Shown here piece by piece: positions 40,208 through 52,725 of a stretch of DNA of 64,000 bases (within the stretch, counting starts at the first letter, position 1; each line of letters begins with the position of its first letter). The position numbers and the translations under genes were made by a program. The stretch is from positions 10,303,175 through 10,367,174 of the forward strand of contig MU056000.1 in assembly GCA_013239625.1 (NCBI GenBank), written 5' to 3'. The notes under the pieces were generated by a model. It searched no databases and had not been told where the DNA came from. It worked only from the letters and a program-made list of their open reading frames with translations. This DNA comes from Lama guanicoe. Lineage: Eukaryota.

Positions 40208-40285
40208 ACCGTGCCAGGACATCTTGATACAAACTCCAAGCAAGTTACCCTGCTTGGAGTTTGTATCAAGATGTCCTGGCACGGT
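40208..40285. repeat. Perfect inverted repeat, 35-bp arms, 8-nt spacer
   Basis: ACCGTGCCAGGACATCTTGATACAAACTCCAAGCA-agttaccc-TGCTTGGAGTTTGTATCAAGATGTCCTGGCACGGT, checked base by base. Confidence 0.97.
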
Positions 40286-41939
40286 TCCTTTGACAGATAT
40301 CTGTGAACGCCTACAATGGCCAGAAAGATGGGAATAAACCTAACCAGCTAAAATCGTTCTGGGAGCCTCTGTGGAGGAGAATTTGAAATGTGAGACGGCT
40401 GTTTGCTGGAAAGTCTCCCAGCATTGCATGTGTGCGTCTGCCTGGTGGTCGTGCCTCATCAGACGTGATGGGCCATCAGCGCTGGTCCCGTGTGTGCGTG
40501 TTTGGCCGGAGTCAGGGGTGCCCGGGGGGCAGATGCGTAGTGACACACCAGCCAGCAGGCTCGGGCTTTGCCGGCCCTCCTGCTCTTGGCCCAGTGGTGG
40601 ATCCTTCAGGTCGATCCTCGCGTATGTTGCCGCCCCACGCCATCCCACTTTCTTCCTTGTGTTTTGCAATTTCTTTTTCTGGGAAAAATGTGAGTACTGC
40701 CTCATGTTTGTGTTAGGCTTTGTGTTGACAAAGACCTGTTTTGTTCCTTTTCCCCCTAACAGCCTGGTAAGGAGTCACCGTCATGTCATTGTCAGGAAAC
40801 TGGAGGACTTTTCAGATACCCACGCCCAGTACCTGCCAGGGATGGGCTGGAACCCCTGCCCCACTGCTTCTGAATGACCATTAATCTGTGAAGTGCTTGC
40901 TTGAAGGGGCAGGCAGGCTTTAAACTCTAGAGCTTCAGCCTGAACAAAGCAGCAACGACCTCTGCCCCCAGGAGCCCGTGTGCTGCTGGGACTGAAACGG
41001 AAGGCAGGCAGGAGGGCGTGTTGGTGAAGCTCGTTCAAACTCAGGGGCTTTAAGTTCAGTGACAGCCATCCTCGGCAATCCAGCTTTTACCCTAGGACGT
41101 TTAGAAGCGTCTTCAAGCCTTCTTGCCACTGTGAACATGAAGAGAGGGTTAAAATGAAACACGATCCTTTTCTCAGTCTGCAGCTAGCAGGCTCTGGTCC
41201 CTTTTCCTTTTTTTTCTTGCATTAAAAAAAAAGCCTTTATTAATCACAGATGTCTCAAATTTAGAGACTGGGGCTAGGAGGCAATTTCTCTTCTCCCAGC
41301 AGGTTTTGTGCTGTGTGTTCACGTGGTAAAACTCTTTCCTGTGTGGGGCCGAGGGTCAGCGCCTCTGCTTTCCCCTTCTTTCTTCAGCTTTTTTCTTTAT
41401 TTAAGAAGAAATCTAGCATGGACTTTGGGTGAACTCTGACTTCAGCAAAGAGCCATCTATGTGGGGTTGTTTTCCCCTCAAAATAAGAAGAGAGAAACTT
41501 TGATTTCTTCTCTGAGGGCTTCAGGCAAATCACAAATGGCTTTTTCTTGTACACACGAGCATCTTTTTAAATGACTGGGATGTGATGAGAGTATGTCTTT
41601 ATGCTGCAGTTTACTTTGTCCTCTTAATAAGGAACAAGTTGTTTTTAAAAATAGAAACAGAATGAAGTGCTTCATCTAGGTTGCTTCATTCATTATTCAT
41701 ACACTGAAAAATGATTTTGAATATGTCTTGCATACTTCGCTGGGCCTGTGATTACAAAACAGTTAAACCGAATCCTGGTGTCCCGGGTACTCACACTTCG
41801 CATAAATATAACCAAGTAAGTTCTGTGGTGAGTCCTGTACTACCAGGGAGTCCTGGAGGAGGTTGCCTTGACCACCTGACATTTGTGGACCAGGCTTTAC
41901 AGTTTGTAAAGCTCATTTATTTCTGCTATTTCTTGTAAT

Positions 41940-42050
41940 CCTCTCTTAGCCCTGTCAGATGAGGAAATTCAGATGCCAGAATGTTGGCCCAGGGGCAGGG
42001 CTGTTGAAGGGAAGAGCCAGGCTCAAGCTCAGACCCTTTGATGAGCCCAG
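41940..42050 (-). mobile_element. MIR SINE fragment
   Basis: cagatgaggaaattcagatgccaga...gagccaggctcaagctcag. Confidence 0.5.
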
Positions 42051-42611
42051 AGTCCCTTCCGACATCCTCAGTTGATCTTCCTTCTGGACTTTGAACAAGC
42101 GGGGGTTCCCCAGGCCGGGAGAGAAGGGCACCTCCCCACAAGGCATGCTGTGTGCGGCGGGTGTTCACAGACGTGGGCGCTGGTGACAGGGTGGAAAGGC
42201 AGCAGGACCGAGCATCCTGAGTGTTGAGCGGTAACTGAAGGTGGAAACAGGGACGACACAACTTTGAGTGACACACGAGCTTTCCGCCATGTTTCTCGGG
42301 GCAGCTGGGGCCAGGCCCCGCTGGGGGACGCGCCAGGGGGCGTTCCTGAGCTCCCCACCCTCACCACGGGCATCCGCGAGACAGCATCACATAGCGCGGG
42401 CCGGTGCAGGGATGGCTCTGGTCTGCTCTGAATAACCATCTTGTAAGCAGATAATTCACACACTCACAACCTTGACTGAAATTAGACGTGACATATAGCT
42501 CACCTCAGAACTGACGAAGACATAGCACCAAGTCAGGATGTCACTGTTCACGGGGGTGGACGTGAGTCATCAGGCAGCGTTCAGGCTGGGAAACAGCCTG
42601 TGGCTGGGAAT

Positions 42612-42800
42612 CGATTCGTTCATGCACCCATTCATTATTTATTCAACATATACTTATTAAGCTCCAAGGATGTGCCAGACGTCCCGCTGGCAGCTGGGCC
42701 CGCAGCTGTCAACAAAGCAGACCCAGCGCCCGCCCACGTGAGGCCTGGAGTCTAAGGTCATGGTGCTTCCTGTCCTGACAGCTCCTCCGCTGAAAGTGCT
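42612..42800 (-). mobile_element. L2 3' end fragment
   Basis: cattcattattttattcaacatatacttattaagctcc...tgtgccaga is the typical antisense L2 tail. Confidence 0.65.
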
Positions 42801-45800
42801 GTCGTGGCTGGGTGATGTAGAGCCCTGCCTGGGCCTCCACCCCAGGTTTACCTTGTTGATCTGCGCCATCCACAGTCCGCCTGAGCAGAGAGCGAGGTCT
42901 CAGAGGAAGGGGGCTGCCCCAGGAGAGTTTGTGCCCAGCCAGGACACTTCAGATGCAGGCATCGCGGCGTCACTGGGAGCTCCTCTAGGGAAGGCACCTG
43001 TGTGCAGACCAGTAACTCAGGAGCCACCCAAGGAGACCCTCTAAAGCTCTGTTCATGGTGTGATTGATGCTTCCCGTGTGCCCAGGACTTTGGAGACCTT
43101 GATTCTACTGAATGCCTTTAGGACACATTGTTTAATTTAAAATTTGCAGCAGAGCAGTTGGCCTAGTGGTCAGTCTGTTCTTTAGATAACTAAAAATAAT
43201 AGCAGACACTTTATGTCATTCTAATGGTTGATTTAGGTTTAAATAATTTTTAAGTCTTAAAAATTCCTGATTTATGCATAATGTCACAATCCAGTAAAGA
43301 GTGTATAAATGGGCTGTTAAACTCACTGTGTCCAAGTCCGTGAATTTTCTGTGTTGAAAAGAAAAAACTACAATTTATTGTTTTTTCCAAAAGTGTCAAA
43401 CACCTTGAAGAATTGAGCGTTATTGTTTAAAAAAAAAAAAACTGGAAAGAGAAGGAATTTATCTGTTTGCTTTTGGTTTTGGTTATGTTTTCCATTGCTG
43501 ATCACCCAAATTGTGACTAATGTATGGAGAAGATCTGCACAAGACAAAATAATCTGCCTGTCTTACAGACAGGTGAAAGAATTTTCCCTCTGCATTTTCA
43601 GACTTCTGAAACGAAATTGTTTTTCAAGGTAAAATTTAAAAATTCGCCAAAACTTCCTTCTGAGTTTATACTTGCTGCTAGCATTTTTCTAAGTCATAAA
43701 TATTCCAGTGAAGTGAAATAATGCCACTGAAATGACTTGATGAAAAGCAGCTCAGGAAGAGAACCCCTTTTCCCTTCAGAATAGCAGTTTGTCCGCAGCA
43801 CCGGAGAGCTCTGACCTTGGACGGCTCTGCCTCCGTCCTGGGTCTAGGCTGGAACGGTCAGGCCATGGTCAGGTTTATAATACTTGACCTGCCAGGTGAG
43901 GCAAAAACAATCTCTTTTGACTCTGCTTCCAAAGTGCAGAGAACCAGATCCTCTGCGACTGAGCCCAGAAAGAAGCTAGGAGATGACGTCTCTCGTTTCT
44001 TTTTCTTTCTAACCATTTTTACAAACCCCAGCTTATTTCCTAAGCACGGCCGGGATGCCCTGAGAGTCATCCTTGTAAAACCAGCCAGGTCCCACAGGGC
44101 GTTACGGAGGGACTGCAGCCTCCTAAGACCGATGCTGACCCGGGGAGGGGTCTGTGCGCCAGGGAGGCTGCCCACAGCTGCCCACCCCGTCCAAGAGCTC
44201 TCACTTCTCCGCAACCTGCGAGCTTCCCTGGACACAGACCATGTCAGAGTTCGTAGTGGCAACCCCTTCACGGAGGGATCATATTACATGCTGCATTGCT
44301 CCCGTGACAGATTCCCCCATATTCTCACTTTTAGGCACAAAAACATGTGGAAGGCTTATTTGTTGGCTTAGACAGTGTCCCCATCACTTCTGATGTGTGA
44401 GTCTTCTGCTTATGAACGTTAGGACCTGCAGCTGATTTAGTTTTATTGCAGTGGATTGGCCTCCGTATTTTTCTGGCCTCCCTCGGCTCATACGAGGTGC
44501 AGCAGGGCTCCATCAGGAACACCGCTTCACCTGCCGGCCAGTCCGGGCTGTCTCGCCGCCTGCACCTGGATGCCGCCTTCACGGTTCTTTGTCCTGTGCA
44601 GTTACTCAGCTGAATGTCCATGGAGGAAATGCTGTCCCTGGAACAGGGCTCTGTCTTTTCTGGCTGGAGAGTTCTGCGGTTTCTGGTCGATACTTGATGC
44701 ATGCTTGCTGCATACCAGGCTCTGTGCAGGCCCTGGTCGCACTGCACAGACAAGGCTCCTGTGCTTCTGCAGCTTTGTGAGCTTATAATGGGTTATTTGT
44801 CCAAAGGCCAGCTTCAGCGCTGCCTCCTTCATGAAGGCTTCCATGATCCCCCCCCACCTGATGCCCCTTCTTAACTTCTGCCAGGGTTTGTATCCGCTGA
44901 TAGCATGCAGCGTCCCAGCTGTATCTGAATGGTGGTGGTGTGGTGTGATCCTTGAACGCACTGCATGGTGCGTCCCCTGGGTGGAGGATGTAGGTTTATT
45001 CATCTCTCTCCAGTGACAAATACAAGGTTTGGCTCTGAGTCCCAGCAAAGTAAATGACTGTGAAATATGTCACCTGCTGTGGCCAGCACAGTGTCTTGCT
45101 AATAGTTGGTACTTAGAAACACTTTAGCTGAATAAATGATCATCTGGCATGTGGATTGTTCCAACTCTCCTCTTCCTTTTGTTCTTCCTGTTCCCAGGGG
45201 AGGGACCACATCTGCCTCGCTCACCTCTTATCCTCATTCGGCACCCGAGAAGGTCCCTCTGAGGCTCTTCCTGCAATGCGTGTTGTTAATGGTTTCTCCT
45301 CCCTCGTCCAGATGGTACCTGAGGAAAATGAGGCTGATGTGGGGACATTTTAGTAATTCGTCTATAAAACTAAATAAAAATATATGCGCATGTACGAAGG
45401 GGAAAAGGTTTTTACTCTTAAACAGAATGGTGCATTGACTAGTTTTGAGCCAAAGTCTGCCTCTGAGAAGATCTAGATTTTTAAGAATGAGTGATCCTGC
45501 TTGAAATGCGTCATCTGTTTATGGGAGATTATACCCTCTCGCCACGCGAGCTGGGGCAAGGAAGGAACAGGCCGGCAGGCAGACGGCTCTCCACTGTCTA
45601 GCCCCTGCGTCTGGAGCATCTGTGGGAAACGAGTGTTGCCTCTGGTACATATAATCACAGGATTGGGAGGACTTAACTCCCTTGCCTTTTAACCGCAGCA
45701 CATAATGCTCTCCAGTGCCACAGAGGTGAATACAGCTAATACAGTTGTCTGTGTGAACTCAGTTTTTTAAAGATGATTTTATTTTTAAGACTTCAAAAGA

Positions 45801-46408
45801 TTTAAGAAGCTAACAAGCTAGTGAATGACCTTCTTCGTTCCATTTCTCATCGTGTGGCGTTTTATTCCCCTTCACCGCGCTGGGGCCCTCCTAGGGCCCG
45901 GTGTCCGGGAAAGGGCCCTGCAGTGTCCTGGGGTCAGCGGTTTTCCGTGTGTAGAGTGACGCCTCGCAGAACTCCGTGGGTTTGTTGAGTGTCAGCTGTT
46001 ACCTAAGTTTCTTTATAGCTCCTTTTTTCTCCTGAAAAATTGTCAACTCGGTGTTGACTGTGTTTAATTTTTGAGATCCAGTGAGAAGATTCATTTGAAT
46101 GTATTTTCAGATAACGTTTTGGTTATTTCATCACATTTCTTTTAAAAACATGTTGTTGTTTTGTTCATTGTTGCCGGCATTTACTCCAACATGTGCAGTA
46201 ACTTTGCTGAGGCTGAGAGCAAGGACACCACACGCCTGTGTGGTTCCAGAGAATGCCCAGGGCCAGCTCTCCCTGTGAACCAGCCAGCTCTGCCCTTTCA
46301 CAGCCGCTGGCCTTGCCCTGGCACAGAACTTTCTAGAAGAGTGCTGTTTGTCACAGTGCCTGACCAGATCACAGCTGACATATACATGCACACCCGTATA
46401 CATAGGTG

Positions 46409-46995
46409 CAGGCAGACCTCGCTTTATTTTTTGCACTTCCCGTGGCTTCCCCCACCTGGCCTTCTCATGTGGACCTCTATTCTCCATCTCCTCCAAGGCC
46501 TCTGACCCTCTGCCTGCCCTCTTTTGCTGGTCATCCTGAGAGCCCGTTCCCTGGCTCTTTTCTCCCTCTCCACATTTTTGTTGGATGATTTATATTCATG
46601 TCTTTAGAGACTGCATTTTTAACTAAGTGAAGGTTTGTGACAACTGCCTCTGTTGGCACCATTTTTCCAACAGCATTTGCTCACTTTGTATCTCTGGGTC
46701 ACATTTTGATGATTCTTACAATATTTCAAACCCTCCACCAGCAAAAAGATTACAATTTGCTTAAGGGTCAGATGATGGTTATCATTTTCAGCAATAAAGT
46801 ATTTTTTAATTAAGATGTCTGCATTGTTTTTTTTTAGACAATGCTGTTGCACACTTAATAGACTACAGTATAGTGGAAACATAACTTTTATGTGCTCTGG
46901 GAAACCAAAAAAATTCTTGTGACTCACTTTTTTGTGATACTCACTTTATAGCGATGATCTGGAACCGAATCCACAATATCTCCAAGGTCTGCCTG
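46409..46995 (+). mobile_element. Tigger1-derived non-autonomous DNA transposon
   Basis: TIRs caggcagacctcg ... ccaaggtctgcctg+TA; internal tgaaggtttgtg, ccatttttccaacagcat, cacttaatagactacagtatagtg match Tigger1. Confidence 0.85.
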
Positions 46996-47528
46996 TATGT
47001 ATGTTTATTGAGTGGTACTTGTATTCGCTGGGAGTGAGTCAGACTAACACATTTATCCAACAGGATTAGTTTTCATTTCCTTTGAATTCTTCTTTAAGCC
47101 ATTCTTTCTTGGGTTTTGTCCACCAAGAAAACAGGTAAAAATAATTTAAACTTTCAGTCCTCCCGTATCTGTGATGGTGACGTTTTGAGTCTTTGTGATA
47201 ATGATGCTGGTCTTCAGAATTGGTGACTTGGGGTTTTTTTGGAGGGGGCAGGACATCTGGAGAAAAATCATCTCTGGCAGAACTCAAGTTGGGAAACATT
47301 GGACGGGTGAGCTCGCGGGTTGGACCGCCCCCGACACATCCCACCCCTGCTCCCCAGGGTAGCACCAGCAGGCGCAGCTCCTGGCCGGCCGGCCACTGAC
47401 CTTGGTGTCAGTTGGGTGGTGCTGAAACTCGTAGGCACAACGGCACCAGCCGGGACCTCGGGAGGCTTTGGGGGCCGTCGGTCATGCTCGCCTGTCTCTC
47501 TCTCTCTCTCCCTCTCTCACCCCATCAG

Positions 47529-47821
47529 ACTCGCTGTCTGTCTCCAGCAACGATGCCAGCCCGCCCGCCTCTGTGGCCTCCCTCCAGCCCCACATGATGG
47601 GGGCGCAGAGCTCCCCGGGCCCCAAGCGCCCGGGCAACACGCTGCGCAAGTGGCTGACCAGCCCGGTGCGGCGGCTGAGCAGCGGCAAGGCCGACGGGCA
47701 CGTGAAGAAGCTGGCGCACAAGCACAAGAAGAGCAGGGAGGTGCGCAAGAGCGCCGACGCCGGCTCGCAGAAGGACTCGGACGACAGCGCGGCCACCCCG
47801 CAGGACGAGACTGTCGAAGAG
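47529..47821 (+). CDS. TRIO: TRIO coding exon ([13 protein letters not shown]...[18 protein letters not shown]...DETVEE)
   Basis: (CT)n polypyrimidine tract then cccatcag|; donor GAG|gtgagg; 293 nt; phase 1 joins the SH3 exon (G+AC=Asp); [10 protein letters not shown] motif is shared with Kalirin. Confidence 0.97.
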
Positions 47822-49258
47822 GTGAGGGCCCCGCACGCACAGCCGCCCAGGCCCCACAGGGCCTCCGGCACCTCCTCCCAGAGCTGCGGGAACAGCTGCT
47901 GGTCCCGTGAATGCACTCACTCGGTGGTTTTCCATGTGTTCCCAGGGAGGACCCATGTCAGAGCCCAGCTGAGGTCCTTTAGCCGCCTGCTAGGGTTAAG
48001 GGGCCTACGTGTGGCTTCTGATCAAGGGATCAGGGGACCGAGAGCCCCCTCCCGAGGCATGGGCACCCCTGCCTGCTCCATGAGGAAGGGGGTGCCCTAC
48101 TGCCTCGGCCCCCTCCTCCCTCCAATCACAGGCAAAGCCCAGGTTGCCGCCCATGTTGCAGAAGATTTCAGCGGTCCCTGAGGTTAACGCTCAGCCACAG
48201 TGGCAGCGTTTTGCAGGGAAAGCTCCAGTTTTAGACTTGAGGGGCCTGCAGGAATGTGTGCATCATTTAGTTATTTCTACCACCACGCCTGCCCCCATAT
48301 TCATACTTATATTTATCTTGAGTAGAAAAAAAACCCAGTTAATTTACTTTGCTAACCTAGTAATAAACACCGATTACTCCCACGTCATCAAAGATAAAAA
48401 TGTGAAAAAAAATAGTGTACATAGTCAACCAGGAATTATTTTTAATTTCCTTTTTGGGGGGGTGGGGGGCTTCAGTTCCCTCCTGATCCCCAAGATGGGC
48501 CTTCAGCAATGTGGTGTCAGTGAGGGGCCCTCAGTGTTTTTAGCTTGAACCTCCGCTACCCTCCAGTTCCCTCACAGACTCAAAAAGAAAAAGGCAGAGA
48601 CAGAGAGAGAGAGAGAGGACAAGATTTGTATCATGTGATTTATTTTGCAGATGTGGGGTTTCTGCTGCTTTTTTCCTGGGCCTGCTTTTGCTGTGGGTTT
48701 TCACTGGAGTGTATGGTTCGTTTACATCCTCATCTGTTTTCTATACCATGTCCTCTTAGTAGAAATAAAACTGACATTTTTTTCCTAGAAGTAAAAATAG
48801 AGGAAAATTAATGTGATAATTCAGATTCTTAAAATGCATCTTGAATTGTGTTTTTCTTTATGCCCGCATGATTTCAGTGAATTTTATTCGTGCAAAGTAC
48901 CAAAAGTGAAATGATAGAAGACTGGAGGAACTGAGGGGTATGGTCCAAATTTTTGAACTTTTTTTAATTGGCTTCTTAAAGGTGAGATATGTTCAGAGCC
49001 TGACGGTTAATGTTGGTAGGCCCTTCCAAAGACACTCCCAGCGGCCCTTTCCTCTTCCAAGTTGGCCAGCAAGGGAGTTAGATTGCAGGAGGGGATGAAT
49101 GTTCCCATCGGGCTGGAAGGAGCTTGGGCCTGATTCCTGCATCTCAGTTTCAGTCCCGGCTGTGCTTTTTCCAGTTAACCCTGGGGGCTCGGTTTCTGTG
49201 AGCTGACCGTGACAGCCAGGGCCTGGGTTCTAACGGGCGAATGTTGGTCTGGTTTCAG

Positions 49259-49429
49259 AGAGGCCGGAATGAGGGCCTGAGCAGCGGCACGCTCTCCAAG
49301 TCCTCGTCCTCAGGCATGCAGAGCTGCGGAGAGGAGGAAGGGGAGGAGGGGGCGGACGCCGTGCCTCTGCCCCCACCCATGGCCATCCAGCAGCACAGCC
49401 TGCTCCAGCCGGACTCACAGGACGACAAG
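49259..49429 (+). CDS. TRIO: TRIO coding exon ([14 protein letters not shown]...[22 protein letters not shown])
   Basis: tttcag| ... AAG|gtaagg; 171 nt, phase 0/0; matches the TRIO linker. Confidence 0.97.
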
Positions 49430-51006
49430 GTAAGGGGCCCTAGGCTGCCCTGAGCGAGGAGAGGGGGCCTCATGATTGCTGGTGTGCCCCAGCCTCACTG
49501 CAGGACATAGAGAACATCCCGGGGCTGGGAAAAGGTACCTGGAAGACATGCTGATTTTCCAGGCAGAATTCTGCCTGTTTTCCCTCTAAAAGTATGGATA
49601 ACAAAAGCCACTTCCTAAGCTGTAGGAATATGCCCAGTCTCTCATACACAGGTGCTTATATAAATCCATGCAGTGCACTTTTTAATGGATGCTCTAGTAA
49701 TTGCTACTTTTAAAGTCATTTTAATTTTTGTCGCCGTGCTGACGAGGGTCCCTGAGAGGCCAGTCAGAGAACTCACACGCCGCCTGCGTGGTTATGGCCT
49801 AAATGCACATGAGCCTGTCTGGGTCTCTCTGTTAGGTGTCTTTGCATATAGGTCTTGTTTTCAGATGAGATGCATTGCTGTCCAGTTCCTTTTTCCAACA
49901 TGGCAAACATCTGGATCAAACTGGACTGTGGGGCTAGTTGTCAGAGTGCAGGAATCAGTTCAGAGCCATGAATCTACTCTTTGGATGTGTGAGGAGGCTT
50001 CGAGCCAAGTAAATCTTGTTTTCTGTTTTCTGTTTTTGGGGTTTTTTTTTTTTTTTCCTTTTTTGGAGTTCTTACAGAATCTCAGATTGTTTTGCCCATC
50101 CCAGTGGTAGATCCCTAAAATGCCAGAGAGGAAACCTGATACCTGTGCCCTGCACATCCTCTCACGTTCTGGCACACTCTGCCTCTCCAAACTGGCAGGT
50201 GTTGAAAACTGCACTATAAAGTAATCACTGGTGATTTTTTTTTTTTTGGCAGTAACTACATTTTGTGAATGAAACAGATGTTTTAATCAGTTTCCCCCTT
50301 CTTCCCCTTTCTCCTTCCCTGGCTCCCTCCTCTGCACTAACACAGTCACTGGCTGGATGGCCCGTATGTCATGAGCTGGGGTCGGCCCCCACCCAGTGAT
50401 TGACAGCAGCAGGTCCCAGGTGGACCCTGCGTTAGTCTTAGCCCAAGGCCCCTTCCCTGTAGGAGCTGCTTCCTTCTCCTCCAGTGGCCTCGTGTACAGT
50501 GAGGGTGCCGTGGGTCTTGGCAGAAGGAGGGAACCTGGGTTCGAGCCTGGAGTTTGGGGGGCATCTCAGGTGCAGACCCCGTGCTGTGGGGGGCAGAAGG
50601 GCCTGGGATGAGAGAGGAGCTCACCCCCTGCTGCCCAGAGCAGACCCACCAGGGAGTGGGGCTCTGAGCACTCCTCAGTTACTTTCTAGCATTCATTCTA
50701 AGCTATACCTTTTTAAAGGCAGAAGACAGAAATTGCCTAAATCTGGATGGTTGGCCAAAAAGTGAGGAGCCAGGCCTGGTTGACTGATTCACCACATAAG
50801 AGAGTGTTTTTCTCCATGTAAAAGTGGATTGCACAATATTCTTCTTTTTGCTAAAATCATTTATTGGCTGTTGTGTTACCGCATTGGGTATTATCAATAG
50901 AAATTCTTCTTTTACAAGAATCTGTAGTGATGTTCCCAGGGACTATTATCTTGTGACTAATATTCTGTTTTGTTCTGTTTTCTCTTTTTGTAAACTTTCA
51001 CTGCAG

Positions 51007-51066
51007 CATTATGTTGATTTGTGTTCTGTGTCTGTTTTGGCTCAGTTTCCTTACCTCTCCATTTGA
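51007..51066 (+). CDS. TRIO: Alternative terminal coding exon of the Trio8/Solo isoform: HYVDLCSVSVLAQFPYLSI*
   Basis: Long pyrimidine-rich tract ending ctgcag|; phase 0 fits the preceding ...DDK exon; 19 codons then TGA; peptide matches the recalled hydrophobic C-terminus of rodent Trio8/Solo. Confidence 0.85.
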   Translation, partial: HYVDLCSVSVLAQFPYLSI

Positions 51067-52024
51067 ATTTTTTTCCTTGTTCTCTTCACCTCATAGTCCA
51101 GATTCCATTAGACCAAGCCAACATTTGTTTTGCCAAGTGCATATCTGGATCCACATTGTAAAAGCCTTGTTGTAAGCGTATAATCCATACCTGTCTGCTG
51201 TGAGACATGCATCGTTAGGACGGCTAGCCGTGTGTCGCATGCGTCTCTGCTGTCCTTAATATGAAGCAAGGTTCATATTACCTCCCTTCTAGTTTCCAGT
51301 AAATTAACGGTGCAAGTAATCCGCAAACACGCTGTGTTTGCTAATTACTGAAACTTGAACTCAGTAGCCCCTCCCCAGATCCCTTACCTGTCCACCCCTG
51401 TACACCCTGGCTCTGGCCGTAAATGGCATCTGATAGCTTGTGAGGCCACAGATCTCCTGTCCTCTGCACTAATCATTGGGGAAATGGATGGCACAGAAAA
51501 TGGTGAGCTTGTCCCCCTCTTCCCTGTCTGGTCAGTGCTCCAGGTTCCTTTCCTTTTCCTGTTGCTTTCTTTTAGCCCCGTCCATGCAGTAAAGCCATTT
51601 TTAGTATCCTATTTTGTTTCCCAATTATTTAAAGGGTTCACTCATTCACCTGCAGGCCTTTCTCTCTTCCGTTGATCAGATTCTCCATTTTTTCCCTCCT
51701 TAGCCAGTAGCCCAGCCAGCAGTGGCAAAAGTTAGAATTTTCCCGTGCCTCTTTGAAAAACGTTCTGATGGTACATGACTGCAGATTAAAAACAGACTTT
51801 GTCTGCTTTCCACATGTGTCCCAGACAGGTCTTATTTAATATTTCATGTCAGAGTATTGTAAATTTTAAAAGATGGCTTTAAATAAATGCAAACAAAGAC
51901 AAACTTGTGGTCGTTTTGTCTGGAATTACTTTTTAGAAGAGAATAAGCTTGCAGGAGAAATTTCTGTCTGTCCGATGACTAACATGGGCATTCCCCTCCC
52001 CGTCTCTCTGACCTTCCTCCGCAG

Positions 52025-52120
52025 GCCTCCTCCCGGTTGTTGGTCCGCCCCACCAGCTCCGAAACGCCGAGCGCAGCCGAGCTCGTCAGTGCGATCGAGG
52101 AGCTCGTGAAAAGCAAGATG
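52025..52120 (+). CDS. TRIO: TRIO coding exon ([32 protein letters not shown])
   Basis: cttcctccgcag| ... ATG|gtaagg; 96 nt, phase 0/0. Confidence 0.97.
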
Positions 52121-52274
52121 GTAAGGCTGCCCAGAGGCCCGGTCCGAGGGCTGGAAGGTGCCCCAGGTGCCGCCTGCAGGTGGGCCTTCCCTTGTCCACG
52201 GGTGGCTCTTGTCTGCAGGGTGGAGTCCGGAGCCCCCAAGCCCACCCTCGCTTCTGACCAACCACAGGTTTAAA

Positions 52275-52725
52275 GATCCCCAGGACCAGTCTCAGGTTCA
52301 GTAAGTGGCCTGAACGGCTCACAGAACTTAGAGAAGCCACAGTGGCGGTTCGTGACTGTGAAAGGATGCAGCTGAAAATCAGCCAGGGAGGAGGTGCAGG
52401 GGCAGGTACAGGAGAGTCCAGATTCGGGCTGCCCTTGTCCTCTTCTGGTAAAGTCCCGTGAACAGTGCTGACGACACGTGCAGAACATTGCAGACCAGAG
52501 ATGCTCCTCCGAGCCTCAGTGCTCAGAGTTTTTATCTGGGCTCAGTCACATACACAAGAGTGACCACTTATATGGCTCAGCCCTGTCCTGTGCCTCTCCA
52601 GAGATCAAAATTGCACGTGGCCCAGAGCCCCCATCAAAAGTCACATTGTTAGCATAGACTGTCTTAGCCTAAGACCCCCAGCTAAACAGAGACATCATCA
52701 AGCAGGACATTCCAGGGGCCAAGGT
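52275..52725. mobile_element. ERVL-type LTR (MER21-like)
   Basis: ggctcacagaactta, gaaaggatgcagctgaaaatcagcca, ctcagagtttttatctggg resemble the MER21 group. Confidence 0.5.

Noticed and set aside
43817..44371. 184-aa ORF
   Set aside because: Non-ATG start, no homology recognised, no convincing splice sites
47320..48181. Several long overlapping ORFs on both strands
   Set aside because: Shadows of the GC-rich TRIO exon 47529-47821
50604..50670. Possible intronic C/D snoRNA (GGGATGA ... CTGA around an imperfect stem)
   Set aside because: C box is non-consensus and there is no convincing terminal stem; needs an Infernal/Rfam search
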